DNA of 64,000 nt from a virus. The stretch spans positions 1-64,000 of IMG/VR virus record IMGVR_UViG_3300025070_000022, one strand, 5' to 3'. The position numbers were made by a program, and so were the translations under genes. Below, one piece after another: positions 35,130 through 45,308 of the stretch (position 1 is its first letter; each line of letters opens with the position of its first letter). The notes beneath the pieces were generated by a model that saw only the letters and a program-made list of their open reading frames with translations, ran no database searches and was not told the DNA's origin.

Positions 35130-36014
35130 ATGGAAGTAGTTTATGGACACACAGACTCAATCTATGTCAAGGTAGATTCTATAGAGTCGGCCTTTTCATC
35201 TCTCGAAAAAATAAATGAAGAAGTTAGAACTATCTTTCCTAATTTACTAGGCCTAGAAGAACACCCTGTTATTCTAGAATTTGAGAAATACTTTGAATCA
35301 TTAGGTGTAGGAATTACAAAAAACAGAAACGCTGGTTTAATTTCTTGGGAAGATGGAGTTTGGTTAGACGAGCCTAAATTTACTCTAACAGGATTTACTT
35401 CTAAGAGAATTTCCGAAACAACAACGATGAAAGAAGTTCAAACAGTGGCCCTCAATATGTGGGTTTCCGGTAAATCGGAACTAGAAATAGTCGATTACGC
35501 TAAGTCTGTTTATGCCAAAGTCCTTTATGGGGAAATCAATTACCGTGAAGTAGCAAAAAGAACTAGACTAAAGAAAGAGAGATTCCAAGTCAAATGTACC
35601 TGTAATAGAAAGTACGACATTAGAGAAATATCTTGGACTGATGGTGAGTTCTTTTGTGGAAAGTGTGCAAAACACCCTTCTAAGTTCCTAACAGCCAAGG
35701 GAAAGAAGCCGACTATAAGCGAAGGCATTGTAGGTGTATTGTATTCCATGCAAGAAAGAAACCTTACCTTTGAAGACTCCTATGTATTCTTAAGAATAAG
35801 ACCAGTTGGATTCTTTACTGACCCCTTAACCGGAGTTCGTAAAGAAGCCACTTATGTTTCCGGAAATACTTTTTCCGAGATAGAGGGTTTTGAACCCGAT
35901 TGGCCCCACTACGCCGAACAAGTAGTGAAAAAAGTACAACCCATTTTCGATGCTATGGGTTGGGATACTAAACAAATTAAAACTAAGCAACGAACTTTTG
36001 ATGAATGGTGGTAA
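35130..36014 (+). CDS. polB: Family B DNA polymerase, C-terminal part (motif C, thumb)
   Basis: MEVVYGHTDS, LEFEK, KNRNAG, Cys-cluster insertion, PIP box QRTFDEWW; GGAGG SD. Confidence 0.92.
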   Translation: MEVVYGHTDSIYVKVDSIESAFSSLEKINEEVRTIFPNLLGLEEHPVILEFEKYFESLGVGITKNRNAGLISWEDGVWLDEPKFTLTGFTSKRISETTTMKEVQTVALNMWVSGKSELEIVDYAKSVYAKVLYGEINYREVAKRTRLKKERFQVKCTCNRKYDIREISWTDGEFFCGKCAKHPSKFLTAKGKKPTISEGIVGVLYSMQERNLTFEDSYVFLRIRPVGFFTDPLTGVRKEATYVSGNTFSEIEGFEPDWPHYAEQVVKKVQPIFDAMGWDTKQIKTKQRTFDEWW

Positions 36015-36016
36015 CT

Positions 36017-36934
36017 ATGACAGATAAAACAGATTATGAAATAGAAATAGAAGCGATGGCAGATTACACATACCAATTCTTGCCGGAAAATTACGACGAC
36101 CCAACCGAACCTATCCTAAAGATAAGTAAGTCTTCTCTAGGAACTTTCGATTGGTGTCCCAAAAAGTACGAGTTTAGTTATGTTAAGCGACTACCTCAAG
36201 ACCAAACAGAAGCCATGCGTAAGGGTACTATCATGCACAACGCAAGAGAAGATTTCTTTAACGATTTCGATATTAAGAAGGCAGAAGACATGACCCATAG
36301 CGAAGTAGTTGACTACTGTGCAACACTATTCCCGCTAGACGACTATTCGGACGACTACCAAACAATCATTGCTTTCGAGGCTCAACGATTTGTAGACGCT
36401 AGAACTGATGAAAAACTGGATGAGTTTTTACCTGCTTGTAACGAAGGTAAGTTTGATTGTGCTATTGTTATTCGTGCAGACCAAAACCCCGACTATATTC
36501 TAAGCAGGGATTATGTAGTTCATCTACAAGGAATCATAGATAGAATATTTAAGGAAGGCAACGGTTACATTCCAATGGAATTCAAGACTGGCCCTTGGAA
36601 GGATTACAAAGCAACTTCTATGAGAAAGGAAATGGCATTCTACAAGATTCTAATTGAAAACTCTAGTGACTTGGTTTTGAAACAGGCTGGACTAGAACCC
36701 AACATTCCTGTTAGCCATTGGGCTTGGTACTATCCAATCTCGAACCACTTCCATTGCGAAGACGCTACTAGTAGATACCGAGTAAATAATGTAAATGGAG
36801 TTATGAAGAACATTGCTAAGTTGATTCATGCCTACGAACAAAAAATATTCGAGACTAAGTTTTACTACAAGACTTGCACACACTGTTCCTTCTTTGGGCT
36901 TTGTGATGCGGCTCAAGATAGTGGGTGGCTTTGA
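36017..36934 (+). CDS. Cas4-like PD-(D/E)xK nuclease with Fe-S cysteines
   Basis: WCPKKY, GIIDR, MEFKTG, CTHCSFFGLC. Confidence 0.85.
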   Translation: MTDKTDYEIEIEAMADYTYQFLPENYDDPTEPILKISKSSLGTFDWCPKKYEFSYVKRLPQDQTEAMRKGTIMHNAREDFFNDFDIKKAEDMTHSEVVDYCATLFPLDDYSDDYQTIIAFEAQRFVDARTDEKLDEFLPACNEGKFDCAIVIRADQNPDYILSRDYVVHLQGIIDRIFKEGNGYIPMEFKTGPWKDYKATSMRKEMAFYKILIENSSDLVLKQAGLEPNIPVSHWAWYYPISNHFHCEDATSRYRVNNVNGVMKNIAKLIHAYEQKIFETKFYYKTCTHCSFFGLCDAAQDSGWL

Positions 36935-37072
36935 TGGTGGAAGGCTTAGACAGAAGTACTAAGAGAGATGATAACGCTGGTAAAATTGCATTAGACGCAA
37001 TTACTATTCTTAGTAATTTAGGTTATAGCCAATATTCCATACTACTGCTCAACAGATTGGAGGCTGTACTCA

Positions 37073-37438
37073 ATGAACGAAACTGAAATAGAAAACATAG
37101 TTAGGAATCGAGAATGGTCTTTCTCCGAGTTATCCAATTTGAGAAGTACTATTTCTAATCTAGGGGACGAGATTTACCATGAAATGAATCTAATGGATAG
37201 GTTTTCTTTAATTAGAGATGCCGAAGTTTATCCTTCTAAGACCTACGAAGAGAGTATGAAGAAAGCAGTTAAAATAGAATTAACTGGAATGATTGCAGAA
37301 GTTTTTACTAAAATGCTACAAACAGCAAAGATTGATTTTGGAGGAAATAAAAATGAAATATCCGAGGGAAGTGTGGGCGGGAAGTCACATCAAGAACGCC
37401 CCACAGATGAAAAGAAGAATAGTGCAGAAGAAGAGTGA
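37073..37438 (+). CDS. Hypothetical protein
   Basis: ORF track; GGAGG SD. Confidence 0.65.
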   Translation: MNETEIENIVRNREWSFSELSNLRSTISNLGDEIYHEMNLMDRFSLIRDAEVYPSKTYEESMKKAVKIELTGMIAEVFTKMLQTAKIDFGGNKNEISEGSVGGKSHQERPTDEKKNSAEEE

Positions 37439-38408
37439 CTACATTGAGTTTGTGAGAAGTCACAATAATAGGACCAATGTCTACACTACAGTCTACGACT
37501 TTGCTAAGTTTGCAGAAACAGCAAAGGTGGAATCTTCTGTTATCCTAGATAGGGTATTCTTCGACTTTGATGCTCATGGGGAAGACGGACTACAACATGC
37601 CTATGAAGATTTAAAGGATACCTTAGACTACATCGGTGGCACTAAACATACTACCTTCTTTTCCGGAAGAGGGTTTCACTTGTTTGTCTTTGGTGAAGTG
37701 ACCGATGAACCAAGAAATCTACAGTTCTACTTTAGAGAAGTAAAGGATTACCTAAAGTCTAATCATTATCAAAATGCCCCACTAACTTTAGATGAAAGAG
37801 TGGGACAGACTACTAGATTAAGAAGAGTACCCAATACTGTAAATCTAGCCAGCGACAATGGACATGGCATCCCCTACTATTGCATTCCAATCTTTGAAGA
37901 AGATATAGAGAAGGGAATCGACCACATACTAGATTTGGCTATGGCCCCTCGTCTTGTCCCTATGAAGTTCTCCGGTAGCAAGTTAGCAGTATGGCCTTCC
38001 GCACCCCCCATTGATGAAGTCGAAGGGGAAATTGAGCCTGTAGTCGTTGAGGGTTCGCTCCCTGTTCTCCCCTGTATCTACAATGCCATAATGGTTGAGA
38101 ACCCTTCCCACATGGCTAGAGTTTATTTGGTATCTTGGTTCCGAGATTTACTAACAGGAAGACAAGATTTGAAAGAACAAAAACAAAAAGAATCAATACT
38201 CAATACTATTGTAGATGAGATAGAAAAGATTGCTACTAGTTCCGATGAAGTTTGGCTTGATTGGGATAAGGCAACTACAAGAAAGCATGCAAAATTTACC
38301 GTATATGGTAATTACAATACTCCTAACTGTAAAACCAAGTTAATACCCGAAGGGTATTGTGCTGGTAAATGTTGGAGATACCCCGACTATTTGGAGGAAA
38401 AAAAATGA
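37353..38408 (+). CDS. Archaeo-eukaryotic primase, PriS-PriL(Fe-S) fusion
   Basis: FFDFD, SGRGFH, RVPNT, C-terminal PCI...H...C...C...C. Confidence 0.85.
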   Translation: MKYPREVWAGSHIKNAPQMKRRIVQKKSDYIEFVRSHNNRTNVYTTVYDFAKFAETAKVESSVILDRVFFDFDAHGEDGLQHAYEDLKDTLDYIGGTKHTTFFSGRGFHLFVFGEVTDEPRNLQFYFREVKDYLKSNHYQNAPLTLDERVGQTTRLRRVPNTVNLASDNGHGIPYYCIPIFEEDIEKGIDHILDLAMAPRLVPMKFSGSKLAVWPSAPPIDEVEGEIEPVVVEGSLPVLPCIYNAIMVENPSHMARVYLVSWFRDLLTGRQDLKEQKQKESILNTIVDEIEKIATSSDEVWLDWDKATTRKHAKFTVYGNYNTPNCKTKLIPEGYCAGKCWRYPDYLEEKK

Positions 38409-38749
38409 ACTACGATTATGCAAAATGGAATCAAATGATATACGGCCCTGCTTATTATGATGAAGGAGAACAAGAAGAACCTGCTCCTGTCATTTTATCC
38501 GCTTGGAAGTGGGAAGTTAGAATGGAAGGAAGACAAGTCTTTTGGAGATTTGAAAATAAGATGATGGGAACTTTTAGGTTCTCTCCTAAGAGATGGAATG
38601 ACGAAGGAAATGAGTATCCTAGGGAGTGGCCCGATTGGTTGCTCTTCGATTTTATAGATTATGTATGGGGCTATACCGACAAAGAAACAAAAGTTCTCAC
38701 CACATCTATAAACGAAGACTCTAAGCAACAAAAGTTGGAGTTGAATTGA
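38405..38749 (+). CDS. Hypothetical Trp-rich protein
   Basis: ORF track; GGAGG SD. Confidence 0.65.
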   Translation: MNYDYAKWNQMIYGPAYYDEGEQEEPAPVILSAWKWEVRMEGRQVFWRFENKMMGTFRFSPKRWNDEGNEYPREWPDWLLFDFIDYVWGYTDKETKVLTTSINEDSKQQKLELN

Positions 38750-39441
38750 TGCTGACTATTGATAGTAGGGAAAGAAAAGGCTCTAAACTAGTCGGTCTAG
38801 TTGTCGAAAAAGCCGACTCACTTGGGATACCAAATGAGAAAAAATGGATAGAGGTAGGTGATTATGTTTTTGACGATGTTTGTTTTGAAGCAAAGTCTTG
38901 TCTTGACTTCATTCAATCAGTATTGAACAAAAGAATTTGGACTCAAATAGATAACATGGACCGACATTACAAACACAACATAGTAATTATCTATGGTGAT
39001 TTAGAGAGCGATATTAAGTCCTTAGTAGAACATTCTAGAAAGACTAACTTTGTATTTAGTCAACACAATCTAAGAAGAAGATTTCTAGGAGCATTAGGTA
39101 GAATTACTCTAGACACTGACACAAGAGCCTTTTGGGTTCCTAGTGAAAAGGAAGCCTCTTTGATAATAACAACTATTTGTAAGATGAAGCCAATAGAAAG
39201 GCCCTCATTAAATCCGCAGTTGATAAAACGGATAGCAACTGATGATATGAGAGTTGATGTATTGACTTCTATTAAAGGAATTTCAGTGAAGAAAGCCAAG
39301 GCCCTTTTGAAGAAGTTTGGCTCTGTCGTTGAAATTTCCTATGCCAAACTATCCGAGATAAAAGCAGTAGAGGGATTTGGGACTACCCTTGCTGAAAGAG
39401 TACTAGAAGTCCTAAACACAGAAGATAAGGTGACAATATGA
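38746..39441 (+). CDS. ERCC4/XPF-family nuclease with HhH2 domain
   Basis: IDSRE, VGDY, EAKS..DF..S, IKGIS and VEGFG HhH motifs. Confidence 0.88.
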   Translation: MMLTIDSRERKGSKLVGLVVEKADSLGIPNEKKWIEVGDYVFDDVCFEAKSCLDFIQSVLNKRIWTQIDNMDRHYKHNIVIIYGDLESDIKSLVEHSRKTNFVFSQHNLRRRFLGALGRITLDTDTRAFWVPSEKEASLIITTICKMKPIERPSLNPQLIKRIATDDMRVDVLTSIKGISVKKAKALLKKFGSVVEISYAKLSEIKAVEGFGTTLAERVLEVLNTEDKVTI

Positions 39442-41021
39442 ATGATGAAGATTGGGTAACAACCCCCGAATACAAAGACGAAGAATTACACGCCCTTCCT
39501 ATGGAAGAAGCGAGAGAACAGCCGGATAGGATTATAGGAGATACTAAATTACCTAAATTCTTAGAGGGATGGGTGAAGGAAGCAACCAATGTTTCTCACT
39601 ACAATGAAATACCTGCGGCCATGACTGCTTTAGTTCTAGTCGGACAAATGTGTAAAGGCTTTGTTAAGATACCAATTAAATCTTCTATCATAGATTCGAG
39701 AGTACATTTCATTTGGATTCAAACCTCCGGTACTGGAAAAAGTGAATTGATGAATTTTGTAATACCAGTTTCAAAGGGATTGTGGGAAAAAATTAACGCA
39801 CACCACAGTTATAGAGAACACAAGTACATAGGCCCACATGAAAAGTTAGAACAATTTGATAACTTTGAAGTTGTTGAGTACACTGATGCGGCATTAATAG
39901 GATACCAAAAAATAGTAATTGCTAATGAAGCATTTGTAGAAAACAATGCAGAAGTTGAAATTGGTGACGAAGTTTGGGAGCCAGTTAAGGGTTCTTTAGA
40001 TGGACATGGTTTAGCCCGATGGGATGAGTTCACTAACTCCGGTGTTTTCAGTAAAACCCAACATAAGAATTCAATTGTCACTTATTTGAATACATTAATG
40101 AATTCCATTGGTGGTTCTTCTCAAGTAATAACTAAGAAATTAAAAGAAGGTCCAGTAGTAGAATGCCATTCCGAGCGTTCTATTATGGCAACTACTTTCC
40201 CGCCGGATACACTAGATAAGGCGATTACAGAAACCGGACTATTTCAAAGGGCAACCGTCTATATTTGGAGAGTTCCGGAATACATCAAAGATGAAATTGA
40301 TGAGATGATTGTAGATAACTTTGGGACATTTGAAGATGTTAATTTGCCTATTGAGAAATACACAGAAGAACTGTTTGAGATTTACAAACTGACACAGGCT
40401 CGCTTCCTGTCTACTGCTAAGTACGATGAACAAGGGAATCAAATAGAAGCACCCAACCCAACTAAGGTAATTAGAAGGGGTAATGATTTTAGAGATGCTA
40501 TGCGCCTAAGAATGCATGACTTGAGAAAAATGGTAAAGGCAGAAGAAGGATTGACTAGAGAGGCCGCTAGAACCTTCTTGACAAGGATGAATATAATGAT
40601 GGGTAGGATTGCCTACCTTTGTTCTGTAGTAGAAGCCAAGGACATAAAAGACCCTAAAAAACAGTTCGTAGTCACTGCTAGAAATGTTAATCAATCCGCC
40701 TTCATTATCCGCAACTGCTATAAATCATTGATTTCGTGGTTTGCTCAAAGCCTACGGGTCACTAAGTCCGGTATGGCAAAAACGATTGGAGCGGGATATT
40801 TGGAAGTCTATGAAAATTTGATGGAAACTCAAGTTCGTAGAATCAATGATGTAGACGGTTGGGTTCCTAAGAAATCTATGATGGAGAACTACCGAACTAC
40901 AAAAAAGGTAAGTCCAGCAACAGGGTACAATCATTGGGATAAAGTCGAAGGATATTTTGAGGAAACAAAAGACAACCGAGCAGTATTCGTTAGATTAAAA
41001 AAAGAAGGTGAAAGAAAATGA
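39438..41021 (+). CDS. P-loop ATPase, probable replicative (MCM-related) helicase
   Basis: TSGTGKS, WDEF, GLFQR arginine finger; C-terminal wHTH-like region. Confidence 0.65.
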   Translation: MNDEDWVTTPEYKDEELHALPMEEAREQPDRIIGDTKLPKFLEGWVKEATNVSHYNEIPAAMTALVLVGQMCKGFVKIPIKSSIIDSRVHFIWIQTSGTGKSELMNFVIPVSKGLWEKINAHHSYREHKYIGPHEKLEQFDNFEVVEYTDAALIGYQKIVIANEAFVENNAEVEIGDEVWEPVKGSLDGHGLARWDEFTNSGVFSKTQHKNSIVTYLNTLMNSIGGSSQVITKKLKEGPVVECHSERSIMATTFPPDTLDKAITETGLFQRATVYIWRVPEYIKDEIDEMIVDNFGTFEDVNLPIEKYTEELFEIYKLTQARFLSTAKYDEQGNQIEAPNPTKVIRRGNDFRDAMRLRMHDLRKMVKAEEGLTREAARTFLTRMNIMMGRIAYLCSVVEAKDIKDPKKQFVVTARNVNQSAFIIRNCYKSLISWFAQSLRVTKSGMAKTIGAGYLEVYENLMETQVRRINDVDGWVPKKSMMENYRTTKKVSPATGYNHWDKVEGYFEETKDNRAVFVRLKKEGERK

Positions 41022-41251
41022 AAAAATACGAAAATACATTCATCGTGTTCGATGTAACAAAGGGACCGAAAGTTATCATTGAAGCGTTGAATACATACGG
41101 AGAAGAAGGATGGGAATGCGCTACAATGATTACTGTAGGAAACATGAACATTGTTGCTTTCCTAAAGAGAAGCATTGGCGAAGAAGAAACTAAGGCTGAC
41201 CCTGCTACGGAAAAAATCAACAAACTTTGGGCTACTGATGGCGGTAAGTGA
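41018..41251 (+). CDS. DUF4177-like small protein
   Basis: LNTYGEEGWEC...FLKR. Confidence 0.65.
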   Translation: MKKYENTFIVFDVTKGPKVIIEALNTYGEEGWECATMITVGNMNIVAFLKRSIGEEETKADPATEKINKLWATDGGK

Positions 41252-41255
41252 TTAC

Positions 41256-41867
41256 ATGTCTAATGTACTAGCGTTGGACATAGAAACAAAAAACATGTCC
41301 CATGAGATAGGTGGGTTTGGTAACACACACATGTTCCAAGTTTCTACTGTGGCCACATGGAATGGCACAACAGGAAATGTTTATCTCTCTAAGGAAGAAG
41401 TAGGGGATAGTGTAGAAGCCCTTACAAAGTCCGGATTTAGTGTGAAGGATATGTCGGAGTTGAAGTATGATTTGGAGAAGCACCAAGAAGAAGGCGGTCT
41501 TTTGTTAGGCCACAACATAGGTGCTTTCGACTTACCCATCTTAAAAAATTCTCTAGACATTTATTGCGTTAGAAAATACTTAGACAATAAGCAGTACATC
41601 GACACTAGCCGGTACTTGACCAGCAACTTTGGTGAGCGTTTTAAGTTACAGAACTTAGCAGAAAATACGCTAAAACAAGATAAATTGATGGAAAGCGCAG
41701 AAGCCCCTAAACTTTGGAAGATGGGTAGATACGAAGAGGTTGTAGAGTATTGTATGAAGGATACTCAAATCGTATATGACCTTTGGAAGCATGGTCAAGA
41801 GAACGGCTTAGTCAAAGCCTTCTCAATAGAAAAAGAAGAATTTTTAGACTTGGAGGTTGATTGGTGA
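41256..41867 (+). CDS. DEDD/DnaQ-like (RNase H fold) exonuclease
   Basis: LDIET, GHNIGAFDLPIL, YCMKD. Confidence 0.85.
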   Translation: MSNVLALDIETKNMSHEIGGFGNTHMFQVSTVATWNGTTGNVYLSKEEVGDSVEALTKSGFSVKDMSELKYDLEKHQEEGGLLLGHNIGAFDLPILKNSLDIYCVRKYLDNKQYIDTSRYLTSNFGERFKLQNLAENTLKQDKLMESAEAPKLWKMGRYEEVVEYCMKDTQIVYDLWKHGQENGLVKAFSIEKEEFLDLEVDW

Positions 41868-42019
41868 TGGATACATGGGAATGGGTTGGTTTGTTTGCTT
41901 TCCTTATCGTGGTAGTTCTGCTGTTCTTTGCCGCTTTTGGTGGCTCGAACCTAACAGAACAAAGCGTTGAAGAATACATGCAACGGCTTATGCGAGATAA
42001 CAAAGACGACTTGAAATGA
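41867..42019 (+). CDS. Small membrane protein (50 aa)
   Basis: MDTWEWVGLFAFLIVVVLLFFAAFGG... Confidence 0.6.
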   Translation: MDTWEWVGLFAFLIVVVLLFFAAFGGSNLTEQSVEEYMQRLMRDNKDDLK

Positions 42020-42147
42020 CGCTAAAGCAGAAATGCAGTGAATGTAGCCAGTCTACTATTGCGTTTAGGTTACAGGGGTTTTATCTAGGCTCGGATAAAA
42101 AAGTAAAGTTATGGGAATGCCGCAACTGCGGTAATATTTGGAAGTAA
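42016..42147 (+). CDS. Micro Zn-ribbon protein (43 aa), TFS/RpoM-like
   Basis: KCSECS...LWECRNCGNIWK. Confidence 0.6.
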   Translation: MTLKQKCSECSQSTIAFRLQGFYLGSDKKVKLWECRNCGNIWK

Positions 42148-42149
42148 TT

Positions 42150-42199
42150 TGGCCACTCGGCTCGCTCTATTTTGGGGCGAATCGGGTGGCCATTTTTTT
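42150..42199. terminator. Strong hairpin plus T-tract between convergent blocks
   Basis: ggccactcggctcgctc-tatttt-ggggcgaatcgggtggcc followed by atttttttt. Confidence 0.75.
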
Positions 42200-42249
42200 A
42201 TGGATTTTTTTCCGGAGTGCAAAAGCGATTTGAAAAAATACTATTTTTT

Positions 42250-42357
42250 TTAAGAATACCTATTACCTACTAAAGAAGGCGACCACCAAAGCATCACTAG
42301 ATAAATTATAGCAACCACAACAACCACCATATCCAGTAGTTTTTCTTTAGTTATCAT
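42250..42357 (-). CDS. Micro single-TM protein (35 aa) at end of tail operon
   Basis: MITKEKLLDMVVVVVAIIYLVMLWWSPSLVGNRYS; ATGA overlap. Confidence 0.5.
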   Translation of the reverse strand: MITKEKLLDMVVVVVAIIYLVMLWWSPSLVGNRYS

Positions 42358-43412
42358 TGCACTCTAAATTCAATAACTGGCATAGTGTTAGTTCTATATT
42401 TAGACCCGTTTGAATCTACTCCATCGTGACCACCAGTGAAGTCGGCATTTGTTAGTGTTGCCGGACCAACAGTTCCACTAACTTTAGATTGTTCAGTCAT
42501 ACCCCATAATGAAATGGCATATAATTTACTTCCATCATCATTCCAAGATATACCGGAAAGCCACGGTGTTGTTCCAGTATTGTTTGTTGGTCGCCACGGA
42601 GATGTACCCTCATTACCATAGAAAGAAGTCAAATCGAAGGTAGTAATGAGCGTTCCGCTTGTAATATCGTAAGCAATTGATAAGTCATATTCGTAAATAT
42701 ATCCAGTATGTTGAGAAACATACATCTTAGTGCCATTAGGATTGAAAATTAAGTCAGATATGAGGTTATGTGATAATTGAATGCTACCCACAAATGTATC
42801 GTTCCTTTCAACTACATAGTTCGCAGTAGATACTGCGTACTGTTTAATTACTGATAGGCCGTTTGATTGACCGTAACCAAAATAATACCCAGAACCATCA
42901 GCATTCCAGCGAGCGTATCTAACGCCACCTCCACCGGCTAAAGCCCTACCAGTTGGAGAAAATGTTAAACTACTACCGCTTTGAGAAAGAGTCCCACTAC
43001 TTATTCTATTTCCGTGAAAGTCAGCAATAATTATTTTTGTTTCAGTGCTGTCCAAACCAAAACCATCACAACTGTTTAATAACCCCGCCCCCGCCCCCGC
43101 AGGGTTTTGTCTTACAACTGCTCCTGTTCCAGTAGAACTAATTGGTAACTTTGAAAAAAATACATGGTTGCTATCAAAAGAGTTCCCATTCCCTCTATTT
43201 GAAATATACATATCTGTACCTATTACTTGCATACCAGTCATCCAAGCGGAATTAGCCGCACCAGCGTTAAAGTTAATTCCTACTGCATTGTTTCCGGCAG
43301 TTTCATGTATGGCTTTAACAGAAGCCAAATTGTATAAGTTTGGATTAACTGTTGTAACAGCATTAGCCTCCTGTTCAGCACAAGAACCAGCAATAGCAAG
43401 ATACAAAATCAT
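42354..43412 (-). CDS. Beta-propeller virion protein (tail fibre tip/adhesin)
   Basis: Repeated WNADGS, FNPNGTKMYV, WNDDGSKLY blades. Confidence 0.7.
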   Translation of the reverse strand: MILYLAIAGSCAEQEANAVTTVNPNLYNLASVKAIHETAGNNAVGINFNAGAANSAWMTGMQVIGTDMYISNRGNGNSFDSNHVFFSKLPISSTGTGAVVRQNPAGAGAGLLNSCDGFGLDSTETKIIIADFHGNRISSGTLSQSGSSLTFSPTGRALAGGGGVRYARWNADGSGYYFGYGQSNGLSVIKQYAVSTANYVVERNDTFVGSIQLSHNLISDLIFNPNGTKMYVSQHTGYIYEYDLSIAYDITSGTLITTFDLTSFYGNEGTSPWRPTNNTGTTPWLSGISWNDDGSKLYAISLWGMTEQSKVSGTVGPATLTNADFTGGHDGVDSNGSKYRTNTMPVIEFRVQ

Positions 43413-45307
43413 GCCCCCAAAACAACATAATCAGTTCCAGTTGAAATACAAGTAACACCATTACGAGCCGCTACTGCAATATCAGTTTGTGCGCCATTCA
43501 TGTTATCGCCCGTACTACTATCTGACCCAGTTCGCAATGTAAAACCATTACCGTCGTTATTGACAATAGTGAAATGAACACCTGCACCCTGATTGTCGGG
43601 AATCGTAATAACAGTGCCACTTCCAGTAACAAAGATGTATCTTCCGGCGTGAGTTGCTTCTGTTAAAGTAGTAGAAGTATTTAAACTAACAACTGGTAGT
43701 CTTGGAGAAACGAATGTTTGACCTGTTGCTACTGTTACACTACCACTCAACGCTAAAGTTGATACTCCTTCAACTGCGGCGACAGCACTAGAACCGCCGC
43801 TAGTATCGGTATCAGCAATATACCATCCTTCTGCTACACCTGCAATACCACCATCAGCAATAGCCTGTAATGTAATAGATTCACCTTGTAGTAGTTTAAT
43901 TGTATTAGTTACAGTGACTCTTTTATCGTGATTGATTAAACCATTATCAATAGTTCCTGCTGTAGGGGTAATTGTCATAGTAGTAGGGTGAACATTTTTA
44001 ATTGTAATAACCGTATCAGTATAAGCAGTAGGGGCAGGTAAGGTAGCAGTACCCGAAGGGTCATTAAGATAATTCATAGTAGCAGTAATTGTTGGATTAA
44101 TGGTAGCGGCATTATTTGGTGCGGCATTTTTATTATGAATAATAGTTGAACCAAAATTAACAACTCCATTTAATACGACTCCAATTGAAGTAGAAGCACC
44201 TCTTCCTGTAACTGTTTGTAATGTATCTGCCTCAGCAGTTAAGTAGGTATTACCATCTACTGTATAATTACCAACACCGTTTCTTTTCATAAAGCCGTTG
44301 CTTGTAAAGTCTGCATCTTGAAGAGGGTCGCCTAAAAAAGTTAATACTTGCCCTTGAGTTAATTCTTCAATTACACCATCAGCACCAGAAACTCTTCCCA
44401 ACACTCTTTCGTCATTAACAACATTTTGAATCTTAGCATAAGTTATTCCATCGTCCTTTACTCTTAAAGCATCTGAATTAATTTCAATGGTGGAATCATC
44501 AACACCCACATTTAGTGTAACATCTCCAGTTGTTCCTCCACCAGTTAAAGCACTACCCGCCACAACAGAAGTAATATCTCCCTGTGGTGCTAATGCGGCT
44601 ATAGAAGAAGCAGTAACGGTTTTAATAACATCATTCACTCCCGTAGCGTTAGTATCTTGAATTAAAACCTTATCAGTACCTTCAACCGTAGCAGACCCTA
44701 TGCCCGAAATAAATAATCCCTCACTGGTTCCAGTAATAGCACTTGTTTCTGTGTAGGTAGTACTTCCAGCATCATAGCCGATACTCACTGAATTTTCGCT
44801 CTTAGCCGTAGTCAAATACTGAATAGACCTATCATTCACAGTCCCACCCGCATTCAATTTAATTATAGCAATAGGAATATCACCCGAAGTTAGTTGTGGC
44901 ACTACATCAGTATCGGCCTTATCTCCTCTAATGGCCAATACATTTGTAGAGTCACTAGTCACCACTAAGACGAAGTATGCGTTTCCGGAGGCAGGTTCAT
45001 CGAAGGTAGAAGGAGTTCCTTGAGTGAAAGTAGCAGTAGCGATTTCTGGCATTAGTTTTCCATCTCTAATGACCTTACCTGCCCTCACTAAGAATTGCGT
45101 ATTTCCGCTAGAGTCTGTCTGTACTATGCTAAAATTTTTAGTTGCGTCTGCTGTAGTTCCGTTTAGAATGGCATAACTATTCTGCAACCCTACCGATAAT
45201 GCCTTGAGCAAACCACTATGCGGGAAATCTACGCCATCAACTAAGCCACTACCTGCGGGGTTAGAATGAAATCTACTGTACTGTCCTATGTTTCTGCTGT
45301 CTGTCAT
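43409..45307 (-). CDS. Tail fibre protein
   Basis: T/G/S-rich, GDITSVVAGSALTGGGTTGDVTLNV and DTLQTVTGRG fibre motifs. Confidence 0.75.
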   Translation of the reverse strand: MTDSRNIGQYSRFHSNPAGSGLVDGVDFPHSGLLKALSVGLQNSYAILNGTTADATKNFSIVQTDSSGNTQFLVRAGKVIRDGKLMPEIATATFTQGTPSTFDEPASGNAYFVLVVTSDSTNVLAIRGDKADTDVVPQLTSGDIPIAIIKLNAGGTVNDRSIQYLTTAKSENSVSIGYDAGSTTYTETSAITGTSEGLFISGIGSATVEGTDKVLIQDTNATGVNDVIKTVTASSIAALAPQGDITSVVAGSALTGGGTTGDVTLNVGVDDSTIEINSDALRVKDDGITYAKIQNVVNDERVLGRVSGADGVIEELTQGQVLTFLGDPLQDADFTSNGFMKRNGVGNYTVDGNTYLTAEADTLQTVTGRGASTSIGVVLNGVVNFGSTIIHNKNAAPNNAATINPTITATMNYLNDPSGTATLPAPTAYTDTVITIKNVHPTTMTITPTAGTIDNGLINHDKRVTVTNTIKLLQGESITLQAIADGGIAGVAEGWYIADTDTSGGSSAVAAVEGVSTLALSGSVTVATGQTFVSPRLPVVSLNTSTTLTEATHAGRYIFVTGSGTVITIPDNQGAGVHFTIVNNDGNGFTLRTGSDSSTGDNMNGAQTDIAVAARNGVTCISTGTDYVVLGA

Positions 45308-45308
45308 A

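Noticed and set aside
36017-36934. Cas4 as evidence of a CRISPR-Cas system
   Set aside because: No cas1/cas2 or array; solo Cas4-like nucleases are common in archaeal virus replication modules
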